A stretch of DNA of 63,603 nucleotides, the filler included, from Globobulimina sp. (taxonomy: Eukaryota), in NCBI GenBank assembly GCA_003354225.1. It is 41 parts of 41 records of this genome, joined end to end, with 100 filler letters (N's around TTAATTAATTAA, not from the genome) between each part and the next. Parts side by side here need not be neighbours in the genome. Positions count along the whole stretch, not along the records: positions 10,886 to 12,339 come from PIVH01016408.1; positions 12,440 to 13,893 come from PIVH01016409.1; positions 13,994 to 15,447 come from PIVH01016410.1; positions 15,548 to 17,001 come from PIVH01016411.1; positions 17,102 to 18,555 come from PIVH01016412.1; positions 18,656 to 20,109 come from PIVH01016413.1; positions 20,210 to 21,663 come from PIVH01016414.1; positions 21,764 to 23,217 come from PIVH01016415.1; 33 more parts are not named here. One strand, 5' to 3'. Under the pieces are notes generated by a model that worked only from the letters and a program-made list of their open reading frames with translations, was not told the origin of the DNA and searched no databases. Below are positions 11,081-23,317 of the stretch, piece after piece (positions within the stretch are counted from its first letter, which is position 1; every line of letters begins with the position of its first letter). Made by a program: the position numbers and the translations under genes.

Positions 11081-11337
11081 TTTGTTAATAAGTGCATATT
11101 ATCATGGCTATGTTCGTCATGATTGGCTTGTAATATTCCGGAGGATTCCATTAAAACCGATAAACCCTCGGGTACGATAACAATAAATGCTGTGCCTAAT
11201 AAGAAACCGGCACCGAATATGGATATCAGTTCTAATTTGTGAGAGGACAATTTGAATATCATTGGTAGATAACCGATGGAATATGTCAATATGAACATTA
11301 ACATGCATAATGTCAATAAGTTGACAAAGTCGTCCAT
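11081..11337 (-). CDS. SLC39A9: ZIP9-like zinc transporter, N-terminal part
   Basis: GYLPM...[22 protein letters not shown] followed by His-rich HDEHSH. Confidence 0.8.
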
Positions 11338-11601
11338 GTTTCCTGTAGGAAAGTCTTAGTGTTTTAAAAAAATGTCAGTGTCAGAGTGCACATGCTGTGT
11401 CACGCAGAAAAACTGAACTTGCTAAAAGACGTACGTCTGTTTCTGTTCCTGGCGGCCACATTCCTGTGGTGGAAATCGAAAGAATCGCATCCATTTTTGT
11501 TGTACACTGTAGTTTTAACTTTTAAATAATAATAAAAAAAGAGTTACCTTAACAACATCCAACATCAAACTCCAAACACTCGTTCGTAGCAAACCACAAT
11601 A

Positions 11602-12339
11602 ATGCAACCAGCAAACAGCGTCAACACATACACCTCATGGTGTATTCAATCAAAGCAACAGATTCAAGTATGTATCATATCATATCTCTATAAATAAAGT
11701 TTATCGACCTACATTATAACAGACAACCTGTCGTATACATTTGCTTTCGCGTTATAATAAAATTAAAACAATCATTCATCAAAGACCGCAATTACAACAT
11801 TTCACAATATGCGAAAAAGAAATGAATCGAATATTACAAGATATAAATAGCTCAATTAAAACATGGAAAGGTGTTGAATTACAATTGTGTACCAAAAAGA
11901 AAACAACATTCAAAGCATATAAAAGAACAGCAACAAATTGGTATAACCGAAATAAAGCCAAAATATTTGGAAATTATTTCTTTTATCCATTAATATTCAA
12001 ATATTTATTAAATGTATGTTATTTAATTTATTTTATATGCAATCAAAATGTTATCTGCCATCAATAAATAGCACTGCAAAGAAATTCAAAATATTGACGA
12101 AAACACTAAAATGAATATCTTTATTCAAGTATTTGTAAACATATTTGACGAAACAATTCGATTTAAAAAGACCAAATGTCAGCCTTTGTTACCGTATCAA
12201 ACCGTAATTCAACCAAATAAATTTAAAAATGAATGTACAAAATTAATGGAATATTATGGCATAAAATTGGATTTAAGCAATATTAACCCACTTAAAATTG
12301 GCAAAAAATATCAAAAGGATAATAAGAGATCGCAAAAGA
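11602..12339 (+). CDS. Hypothetical protein with 3 or more exons
   Basis: ATG at 11602; GT-AG introns 11668-11722 and 12014-12071 join the 11741 and 12111 ORFs in frame. Confidence 0.6.
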
Positions 12340-13183
12340 NNNNNNNNNNNNNNNNNNNNNNNNNNNNNNNNNNNNNNNNNNNNTTAATTAATTAANNNNN
12401 NNNNNNNNNNNNNNNNNNNNNNNNNNNNNNNNNNNNNNNTGGTGTTTTATAAATTATTTTATTGTGTTTTTACAATTTGTTTTATGGTGTTTTATAATGT
12501 GTTTTATTATGTTTTACAATGTGTGTTGTAGTGTTTTTTACACTGTTTCATCAATGTTTTATCATGTTTTATGTTGTTTTATAATGTGTTTTGTTTTGAC
12601 CGGTATACTTACTCCCTTGAAAAAAAGACGGAAAAAAGTTGAAAAGAATTATTGTTTTTAAAGGAATCATGGAAATTATTTTTTTCACGGAAATCCAAAA
12701 AATCGAAAAAAAGTACTGTTTTTACGAAATTAAAAGTTTTGAGGATTCAAAAAAAACCACACTTACAAAGTTGCATCGTTTCGAAAGTAGTAATATCAAT
12801 ATCAAACATGATGAATGCAAACAGCAGCAGCCATAACAAACTACAATTTGATAAAAGTAACAATCCCAACCACAGCAATAATACAACGGATTGCAAGAAC
12901 CCAAAATACAGCGACAGCAATAATTCAAAGGATAGCTACAACCCAATGCACAGCCATAACTATGCCAGTGACAATGCAAAGAACAGCTATAATAATAACA
13001 CCTATAACACATATAATTTCCATTTCCCTGAAACTCCAACGAGTTCATATATGAATGAAATAATACAGTCATTCACCACAATCCCACCATCAAATGCCTC
13101 GAATGATAATATGGATATCGATGCACAAATCGCGGACGCAAAGGAGAAACTTAGAGAGGGATTATTAAAGATAGAGTTAGCTG

Positions 13184-13688
13184 ATCCTTCGTTTGCGTAT
13201 GTTTTTATATCCTTCCTTTTGTACTGTAAACCATTTATATTATAATAAATACGTAGCGGTCTATGTAATGCAATGGGTGCTAAGAGTTAACTAATTTATT
13301 TGTGTTTGTTTGTATGCTAAAAAATTGCAATTGTGACAAAATAATAATAGACTGCAATACAACTGATATCGATATCGATATGGATTGGGATATCGATATG
13401 GATGGGGATGATATAACCGAGGAAATTGTAAACGAGTCCCAAGGATGGGAATGTGACGGAGTTGGATGTACGGAGAAACAGATGGAATTTCTAAATGAAG
13501 ATAATGAGCCTTCGTCATTAAATGACAAATATCCTTCGTTTGCGTATGTTTTTATATCCTTCCTTTTGTACTGTAAACCATTTATATTATCATAAATACG
13601 TAGCGGTCTATGTAATACAATGGGTGCTAAGAGTTAACTAATTTGTTTGTATGCTAAAAAATTATAATTGTAACAAAATAATAATAAG
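13184..13688 (+). repeat. ~160-bp direct repeat (13184-13350 and 13531-13688), apparently a duplicated exon end plus intron
   Basis: Near-identical ATCCTTCGTTTGCGTATGTTTTTATATCC...AAAATAATAATA(A)G; each copy has a GTATGT donor near its start and ends in AG. Confidence 0.85.
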
Positions 13689-13993
13689 ATTGGAATGTAG
13701 TGGTTGATACGAATAAAAATAGAAAACAAAAACGCAGTGATTTTCCGAATAAAATCTCAGTGAATGATAATAATAAAAATGGATCGGAATCAATGGAATG
13801 GAAACAATATAAATTGGACAGTGCAACAAAACGCGTCCAATGTCTGAAATCAATTTGTAAAAATACACTTTATGAGATCAAATGGCCGGAAAANNNNNNN
13901 NNNNNNNNNNNNNNNNNNNNNNNNNNNNNNNNNNNNNTTAATTAATTAANNNNNNNNNNNNNNNNNNNNNNNNNNNNNNNNNNNNNNNNNNNN

Positions 13994-14687
13994 TCGTAGA
14001 TGGTGCATGGTAAACAAAAATCGAAATATATGGAAAGTTGCAGAATAATGATGCCAACAACGGACCATTGGGAGGGAAACACTAATTATTTGTTTTACTA
14101 TCATATTTGCTGCATTATTACCAAAAAAGCCATCAAAATCATGCATTTCAACCAAAATTATCGTTTTTCAGCGATAAATGACGGTAAATGGCGGCAAATC
14201 AAAAAATTTCAAAGATGTTTCTGTCGCAAAAATATACAACGGTATATTGGAAGCTTTGTGCAATGTGGAATTTTTGAATTTATTTATTTTGAACGAATGC
14301 AAATGAATATAAATGAATTCTAATAGAAAGAAATATAAATATATATATTATTTTAATAAGTAATCTTGGAAAAAGGAATTAGGTTAAGCTGAACGGTGAA
14401 AAATCAAAATCCGGACTTTTGCAAAAGTTTCCAATATACCGTTGGATATTTCTGCGACAGAAACATCTTTGGAAATTTTTGATTTGCCGCCATTTACCGT
14501 CATTTATCGCTGAAAAACGATAATTTTGGTTGCAATGCATGATTTTGATGCATTTTTTGGTAATAATGCAGCAAATATGGTAGTAAAACAAAAAATTAGT
14601 GTTTCCCTCCCAATGGTCCGTTGTTGGCATCATTATTCTGCAACTTTCCATATATTTCGATTTTTGTTTACCATCCACCATCTACGA
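13994..14687. repeat. Long imperfect inverted repeat (259-bp arms, 13994-14252 and 14429-14687; ~176-bp spacer)
   Basis: The arms are reverse complements with roughly 11 substitutions; this explains the mirrored ORFs 14000+ and 14379-. Confidence 0.9.
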
Positions 14688-15078
14688 TTAATATCCATTT
14701 TTGATGCAAATTTTGCTCCATTTTGACTTTTTTGATAATTGAAAAAATCACAAAAATGTTTATTTAAAAATCTTAACTGTGTTAAATCTAATTTAACATA
14801 ATGGCACCCAGTCAAGCAAAGATATTGAGATTGATCAATATCGTGTTTCTTACCATAATTCGTAGTGCAATATTTAAGCAAATAATGGCATCGGCAATCA
14901 TAATATATGTATTTATAACATTATCAATTTCAAACATCAACAAACAAGAAATAAAAATGAATTCGCGCAAATTCGCGCACATAATATCAAAAACAACAAG
15001 TACATTAACAACAGCATCCCGTACAATGATAACATTACAACGAATTGATCCAACTACAAAATATCCAACAATAACACG

Positions 15079-15447
15079 TACAGCGAGTGCATTAACAGCC
15101 ACATTTAATACACGTACAGCATTGGCAATAATCAGTACATTGTCAATAATAATACGATTACATTACAAGTACATCATCAAACTGCTACAATGTCACAACT
15201 ATAAACTATGGCACATTGCTATAGCTATTACAATGTTACAATGAGCACATAATTTAAAACACTAAGTACATCAAAATATCATACAATAAGTGCTTGCCAA
15301 CAATACCTAATCCATTCCACATCCTTGCACTTTTTATAACTTATTATAATATTTTGTTTACTTTTTAATCGTATTATTATTGACAATGTACTGATTATTG
15401 CCAATGCTGTACGTGTATTAAATGTGGCTGTTAATGCACTCGCTGTA
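15079..15447. repeat. Perfect 82-bp inverted duplication running to the contig end (15079-15160 / 15366-15447)
   Basis: Exact reverse complement, truncated by the contig end. Confidence 0.9.
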
Positions 15448-16027
15448 NNNNNNNNNNNNNNNNNNNNNNNNNNNNNNNNNNNNNNNNNNNNTTAATTAAT
15501 TAANNNNNNNNNNNNNNNNNNNNNNNNNNNNNNNNNNNNNNNNNNNNCATCAAATATTTCATTTGAAAGCATTGAATGAATACAACACAATAACTTTTGA
15601 ATCATATTTGGATTTCGAAATAGGATATCATGTCGCAAGAGGATTTTAAAGAGTTTCCCGCCAAACTCCGCTGTTTCTTTTGCATTATATGTCTCCAAAT
15701 GTCGACAAACTTGGTAGCAAATGTTTGCAGTTCAATATCATTGCGCGATAAATTATTTTCTCCATTAAATAATCCATGATATCGTTTGTTCACTAATGTT
15801 GTACTGTTGATTGTAATGTTATTTATCCAATTCCAGTCATCGTATGTGGTACCGATTGGTAATATTGTTTGGCAAAATGTAATGCGTAGGCTGCTTATAG
15901 AAAACCAGAGCAATAATGGAAGCATTGTGTGCTTTTCTGATAGTAACTTTTTTTTCACACAGTTTTCATGCAGATTTATGGCAAGATGATATATCACGAT
16001 TTAAAAAGTATAAATAGTACAAGTCAT

Positions 16028-16588
16028 TTACAATTTAGATGTTAACAAATAATTTTTGACTTTAACAATTTGGCAAAAATTAAATCCATAATAACTTTGA
16101 ATGGTGGCTTCATGATATTTGCGTTGAACATCGGCACAGCAATCTTCAACCACAAATATATTATAACCACGTTTTATTGCACCGTTAATTGTATTAATTA
16201 CACAAATACTTGTGACTAAGCCTGAAAAATAAACGTTTTGTATATTTTTCGATTTTAAATATTCATCCAATGTCGTTTTATAAAATCCATCAAATGTTGA
16301 TTTAAGGATTCGTTTTTCATTTGGAAGTGCTTTAATTATCTGCAAATCTGGTTTATTATTCTCATACATCCACGCGGTATGCAATGCTTTTGTATCGTCG
16401 AACCATTCCGTATTATCACTGTTATAATCAGCATGTAAATGGACCACCAACATATTATTATCTCTTGCTAATTTCACCAATTTTCTTGTATTGGCTGCGA
16501 ACTCTGGGAAATGTTGTTTAATTGCATCAGCTCGCGACCATGTTGATTGCACATCGATTAATAACAAAGCACTGTTTACAAACGCCAT
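16028..16588 (-). CDS. Isochorismatase-family cysteine hydrolase
   Basis: ALLLIDVQ, K..FDGF..T.LD.YL, GLVTSICV and EDCCA give the D-K-C triad; complete ORF. Confidence 0.9.
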   Translation of the reverse strand: MAFVNSALLLIDVQSTWSRADAIKQHFPEFAANTRKLVKLARDNNMLVVHLHADYNSDNTEWFDDTKALHTAWMYENNKPDLQIIKALPNEKRILKSTFDGFYKTTLDEYLKSKNIQNVYFSGLVTSICVINTINGAIKRGYNIFVVEDCCADVQRKYHEATIQSYYGFNFCQIVKVKNYLLTSKL

Positions 16589-17581
16589 GACTAACTATTC
16601 TCGCATGCCGCAAAACTATGATGAAAACCAGCTTAAATAAATCTTTTTGTCACACAACAGTAAAAAGTCCGAAGTACTCCGAACAGTGAATTGCGGTTAT
16701 TTTATCATTCACTTGTATCTGTATTGTGTTATTAATTTATTTTCCCCGCTCATAAATCTTTTTGTCGACCAATCTGCAGTCAATATGACAAACAATATTG
16801 GAATATTTAGTGGCTGGCTATTTGAGAGAGTATATTCTTGTTACAACTGATGATGATATCGATGAAAACAATGGATATGAATTATTACTAAACAATGTAA
16901 TAATGCAGCATTTGGGAGTTCATATTTTCTTATCATTTTCAAACAACTTAATGGACCCACAAATGTCAACAATGATTAATAAGCATACTGTCAAACAAAC
17001 ANNNNNNNNNNNNNNNNNNNNNNNNNNNNNNNNNNNNNNNNNNNNTTAATTAATTAANNNNNNNNNNNNNNNNNNNNNNNNNNNNNNNNNNNNNNNNNNN
17101 NGCTGATGCAGATGAGAATGGGGGAAAGAGAACACAGCGCAAAAATGATTACACAACAATTATTATCGTAGGTTCAGTGGTATTGGTCGCAGCATTATTA
17201 GTCGGTGTATTTGTTGCGTTTCTAAAGATGTATGCAAAATGCAAAGACAATTCTGACAGAGAATCAAGCGCCACATCGCCAAAGATCTCAGAGTTAAATG
17301 ATTTAAATGTAAACCGTGATGTACCACAAGTGGTGGATAGCAATTTAAACCAAGCTTAATTAAATAAATTATTTTGTGTGAGGTTGTTTAATAATTTAAC
17401 CGTTTTAAGTTGACGTCTTTTTCAGAATATCCACATTTAATATGTTTAATTTGTTTCTCAGATCCGGCCCGTTGAGGTGCTTGTAATGCAATGATAAGTG
17501 TCACGATTTAATTCAATCTGATTTGATTTGATTTGATTTGATTTCGACATTTTAAAACTCTCAACTGAACACAAAACAATA

Positions 17582-18555
17582 ATGTCCCTTTTTACAAGCA
17601 CTGAAAAAAAAGAAGATAAACACATGTACGCAGTGTCAAATGATTATATTATTGACCTACATCATCGGAATCAATTTGTGGTTCCATATTGGCATTTTTA
17701 TAAAACGTCAGTAAAAAAACGATGGGAAGGCAAATCTTTGGGCAATGTATTATTTACAGAATGGAGTTATTTGCAAGAAATGTTTGATATTGCGAGCATA
17801 GAAAGTTATTGTAAAAATAAACAAATTTTAATCAATAATAAACAATGCAATATATCACAAATATTGCACCACGATGATTATATAAATGTATATTGCCATA
17901 AACATGAACCTCCCATAACATACAACAAACATCTCAATGAACAGGAAATTGGTTCTTTAGTACCCATTCATGAAACAAATAACATCTTAGTCATACTCAA
18001 ACCATCCACAATTCCAACACATTCCACTTCGTTATATCATAAAAACTCAATTATGACAATGCTGCAAAACGGATATATTTCCACTACAAAAACCATTATA
18101 ACTTCGGAGAATTATTATAATCCAAACACAAACAACAAATGGTTTAATAATTTATTAAAGAAACAATATGCAATATTAAAAAAGAATAATTTTTGTTTGT
18201 TGTCAGATTCGGACATATACATAAAAAAAAGTAAGAATAATAAGTCGGATAAGAAATATTTTACAGTTCATCGATTGGATCGATTGACCTCCGGATTGTT
18301 GATAATAGCAAAGAATTCAGACACTGCCGCTTATTTTGCACATCAATTTAAACACAGATTGGTGAAAAAAGAATATTTGGCAGTTGTTCATGGAAAATTT
18401 GATGGCAAAAAGTATGAAATTGTACGTGCAAAAACATCCAAATCATTTAAATCGGCGCGTCATCGAATTATACTAAATGAGAATGGGAGAGATACGGAGA
18501 CGCGATTTAATTTAATTTGGTATAATAAGAATAAGAATATTTCATTGATTTCATG
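17582..18555 (+). CDS. RluA-family pseudouridine synthase (RPUSD2/Rib2-like), 3' truncated
   Basis: VKKRWEGK, HKHEPP, LKPSTIPTH, catalytic VHRLDRLTSGL, VKKEYLAVVHGKF. Confidence 0.92.
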
Positions 18556-18655
18556 NNNNNNNNNNNNNNNNNNNNNNNNNNNNNNNNNNNNNNNNNNNNT
18601 TAATTAATTAANNNNNNNNNNNNNNNNNNNNNNNNNNNNNNNNNNNNNNNNNNNN

Positions 18656-20109
18656 GTTTAAAAATTTCAGAGATGAATTGAGTGCCATTGTCACTTAATA
18701 TACATTGTGGAGGACCAAATAATGAGATCCAATCATCTAATGCATGGACAATAGTAATTGCACGCATATCGCCAATGGGTATTAACATACAATATCTGCT
18801 AAATCTATCAATAATGGATACAAAATATCGGTAACCGGATGAGGTGGTAGGTAATGGTCCTACAATATCAATACTGATCATTTCAAAAGGTTTGAATGTC
18901 GAAAATAATTTCATTTTGCCTTTTGATAATTTATTTGCATTAAATTGTTTGATTTTTTGACATGAAAAGCATGATACAGAGTAATCTCGGATAGTTGGAC
19001 GCATTTTAGGCCACCAAAATTGTTGAATAATACGTTGATACATTTTGTTGCTGCCATGGTGGCATTTGTGATGAGCCCAATGCATAATGGATTTTTGTAA
19101 TGTGGATGGTGCGACAATGATTAAATGTGTATTGTGAAGATATCGTAATAAACCATGTGAATCCAATGTGAATTTACCGGATTCAATAAATCGATGTAGA
19201 TATACTGGTAAGTCAATCAATAGATTGATATTTTTTGTTTGTAAATAATGAATAATGGGATATAATAATGTATCCTCATTTTGTTTCTCTTTTAACATGT
19301 TAATATCGAAATATTCGGGATCATAATAATCATTTATGTGAGATTGTGATGGAATTAATAAGTTTTCATTCCATGCATTATAATTTAATTGGTTTGATAA
19401 TATGGATTTGTTATATTCGCGAATTTCATTCATATCAATGTGACGTGTATCTTGTGGTGTGTCTGTTGATGGAATATAACGTTTCAATGGTTGTTGTTCA
19501 ATTTGTTTACGGTAATTAGAACCTGGTTGACTACGAATGCGTGATGATCTGCGTGGTATAATATTTGTTAACAGATGTGGATGCTTAACATATTTATCAC
19601 GTAAAGTGGGTGGCAAATTTAATATTTCTGCTTGTAATACCATCATGTATGTGTTTTGAATGTCTTTCGGTTTATCGTTTTTATGTCGGAGATCGTAATT
19701 CTTTGAGGTTTCGATATGTAGGCCATCGCGGGATAGATAATCAGGGAATTTATTGTCAACGCCTGGTATGAATTTACAATCGAAATCAAAGTCTTGGATA
19801 CGTACTGCCCAACGATAGAGTTTACCGGTACGAAAATTTTTGGCATTATTCAATAATGTTACCAAATTTTTATGATCTGTATGTATAATAAATTTGTTGT
19901 GCATTAATAAATGTCTCCATTTCTCTATCATATAAATTACGGCATATAGTTCCTGTTCTGATACGTGCCAATTACGCTGTGTATTATTAAATGCTTTGGC
20001 TGCGAAGTATACAGGTTGTGATGTACCATTCTCGTCAATTTGGCTTAATACGCCACCAATTCCATCAATGGATGCATCGCAAAATAAATGGAATTCTTTG
20101 TCTAAGTTT
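18656..20109 (-). mobile_element. Ty3/gypsy LTR retrotransposon pol fragment (RNase H to integrase)
   Basis: FCDAS..GIGGVL, EQELYAV, HTDHKNL, DYLSR; then integrase zinc finger H..H...C..C and core SIDIVGPLP, IDRFSRY, SDNGTQF. The frame is open across the contig. Confidence 0.95.
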
Positions 20110-21763
20110 NNNNNNNNNNNNNNNNNNNNNNNNNNNNNNNNNNNNNNNNNNNNTTAATTAATTAANNNNNNNNNNNNNNNNNNNNNNNNNNNNNNNNNNN
20201 NNNNNNNNNTTATACATTCATAATTGTCATAATCGAGACGGTACTGCACTTGCAGCTGTGTTGCAGGCTTGGTTTCTGAATTCAGATAGACAAATAATTA
20301 CAAATTAAAACAGTCCGAACATGTACAGTACCTACGTCAATTAAACAGATTTACGAGAAAAAAAACAATATAATAAATACTTGAATATAATAAAAATACA
20401 TATGAAATACTAAAAAGCCGACACAATTATTTATGTCATTTGTATTCGTAATCAATAGAAACGTGCCATTCGTCTTCTTTCTCGTCAATATCCTGTACAA
20501 AATCAGGTGGGTTCCGTTCGAAAAGATCGTTATTTTCACCATAAAATGTGATCGGATGCAATAACTCAGGATTTGATTGGTATATTATCTCCTTCATCAT
20601 TTTTAATTTCATTGTTAAAAAATATAATTCACTCAAAATATCTGCGGTTTTGCCATTATATTTACTCTGATATTTATCTGTAGCGTACGTATTTTCCCAC
20701 CATTCGTCGTCCAAAGTGAGTGCCTTGTACGTATTGCCAGTAATTGTGTCAGTTAATTTGCACAATTCACTCGACAAATAGGTCCAGAATGGATGCGTGA
20801 GCGTCATACACGTTTTCCAAGGCTTATGTCCATGGCCATCCAGCATACAAAATAACAGTCCCTGGCTATCTTTCCATTGCAGTAATTTTACAAAGATTTG
20901 CGTGTCTGTTTCTGTTTAATTTGTGTTGTTATTTCGTAATTAATTAACTATGCATGTACATGGAAATTAATTTGTGCACATGTACAAATTACAAAACTCG
21001 AATTAAATATTGTCAGTTTGGTGAGGTAATCTAATTCGTCTCTGTATAACCAATCTCTTTTTAATGGCAATATGCATAAGGAACTATACAATATGTGCGA
21101 CGGACAGAGTTTGTAGCTCTGGAATAAACCGATTAAACTGACGAATACAACACGCCGTGCATCCAATAATTCGATATCTGTGATTCTGGTCAACTTGGCA
21201 GCATAACTTTGACTAAAATCGATGATAAATTGATCAAATTGTTTCTGTGGCTTAGCTTTGCATAGTTTGGATTTCCAAAACGATTTGGAATTGCAATTTT
21301 TGTGTCCGCTCAATTTAAATAATTCACATAATTTTTGCATGACGATTGACGAATTTAGAGTACATTATACCTGTTAACGTTCCCCATGGTGCAAGATTGC
21401 GATTGTCTACAGGTGAGTCCGTCTGCAGTTGTAGACGTGTAGTATGAAGAAGGAGATGGTGTCCAAAATTCAGTCCAGTGTGAGAAGGTTTTGGTTGAAG
21501 ACCAAAAATCTAGACTAAAAAAATGTAATATTTGGACAGTTTATTACAATACAGATTTAACATTTTGTTCGCTTTGGTTGGAAGTTTCCGTTATTTAAAA
21601 TCATTTTGTATCAATATTGGTCGTTTCTGCGCAATGTTAGAGTTTCTGCCACTTTCCAACCGCNNNNNNNNNNNNNNNNNNNNNNNNNNNNNNNNNNNNN
21701 NNNNNNNTTAATTAATTAANNNNNNNNNNNNNNNNNNNNNNNNNNNNNNNNNNNNNNNNNNNN

Positions 21764-23217
21764 AAAATGTAAACCGCTTAACTATGTTACGCAGAGTGAC
21801 GATGATGTTAAGAATGCAAATGATGAATTTGAATATTTTATTTCTTGCGGATTAAACTCAAATATTAAGGAAAAGGATTTTGTTCGAAATACTTTGAACT
21901 TAGTGATAGTTTTGGATATATCCGGCAGTATGGATTCACATTTAAGTGGTAATGATCCTAAAACTAAGATTGAAGTGGCAAGAGATTGTTTAATTAATTT
22001 GCTATCTCATTTGAATGATGATGATAAGTTTGGTGTAGTTTTATTTGATACCACAGCTATCATATTTGAAGAATTAACATTGATTAAAAATATTGACATG
22101 AAGCAATTAAAAAAGAGAATTGGATCTGAAATAAAAGCTCGTGGCGGTACCAATTTAGAATGTGGGATGATAGCAGCAAAGCAATTATTTGATAAAAGCG
22201 ATGATACGGACAACATATTTCGAAGTAACAGAATTATATATTTAACAGGTTTTGTCTATACATTAATTAAATTTATTTTGTTGGTTTTGCATAATTATTA
22301 TTAAGATATGATCGAATCCAAACACTGGGATAACAAATAAAAATGGATTATTAGGTTTAACCAGCCAATATGTTGAAACATTTGATATATTTTCAACATT
22401 TATTGGTGTTGGAATTGATTTTAATACAGATTTAGTTGATTATATATCAAATTTGAAAGGTTGCAATTATTATTCTGTTGATAACAATAAAGATTTTATC
22501 AAACGAATGGATGACGAATTTGAATTAATGGTTACGCCGCTTGTTTTTGATTTAGTATTAGCCATAAAATCCGAAGGAAACAGTTGTTATATTGATGATG
22601 TTTATGGATCGAATGAAAAGAATGGTGAAAATATTAAGAGAAATGGTGAGATCATGAACGTTAAATCGCTGTTTCCATCAAAAAAACAAGGCAATAAAAC
22701 AAAAGGCGGCATAATTGTAATAAAATTAAAAAAAACAGACCAAAACAAGACTAATGATTTAAGTTTAGAAATCGTTGTTAATTATAAAGATAAATTCGGT
22801 AAATGTTTCAAAAATGAACAGTTTATTACAATCAATACAAATAAAAACAATAAAAATGAATATTTTGAAAACAATGGAATAAGGAAAGGAGTCTTATTGA
22901 GCAGATATGTGTTATTAATGCAAGAATGGATTAAAAATGATAAAAAAGGGGATGGTTTAAAAGTATCTCGAAAATACATCAATAGATTTAAACAATTTGC
23001 TGAATACTTTAAAAAAGAAATGAATTTTGTTAATGACAAAACCTTAAACAAAGAAATAAAAATATTAAACAAATTAATACAATTTAATCCAAAAAAACAC
23101 AGATATAGACGGCCGATACAAACTAACAGAAGTTGGAGTGGAGCATTTATCGGTGATGAGGCACAAGCAAAAAGAGGTATATGTTCAATAAAACATCCAC
23201 TGAATAATGGTGGTTAC
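21764..23217 (+). pseudogene. vWA-domain protein with an apparent 4-bp frameshifting insertion and a C-terminal actin-like motif
   Basis: MIDAS DISGSM; RIIYLT-intron(22249-22305)-DM[ATCG]NPNTG; FIGVGIDFN; FELMVTPLVFDL; ends FIGDEAQAKRGICSIKHPL. Confidence 0.7.
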
Positions 23218-23317
23218 NNNNNNNNNNNNNNNNNNNNNNNNNNNNNNNNNNNNNNNNNNNNTTAATTAATTAANNNNNNNNNNNNNNNNNNNNNNNNNNN
23301 NNNNNNNNNNNNNNNNN

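Noticed and set aside
12440..12600. TGTTTTA-like repeats at a contig start as a telomere
   Set aside because: Irregular low-complexity sequence without a fixed unit.
13946..14726. Pairs of near-identical ORFs on opposite strands (14000+/14379-, 13946-/14526+)
   Set aside because: They are by-products of the inverted repeat; no coding motifs.
15079..15447. 82-bp perfect inverted repeat as a biological hairpin or telomere
   Set aside because: 100% identity, running to the contig end, and nearby origin are typical of phi29 amplification inversion chimeras.
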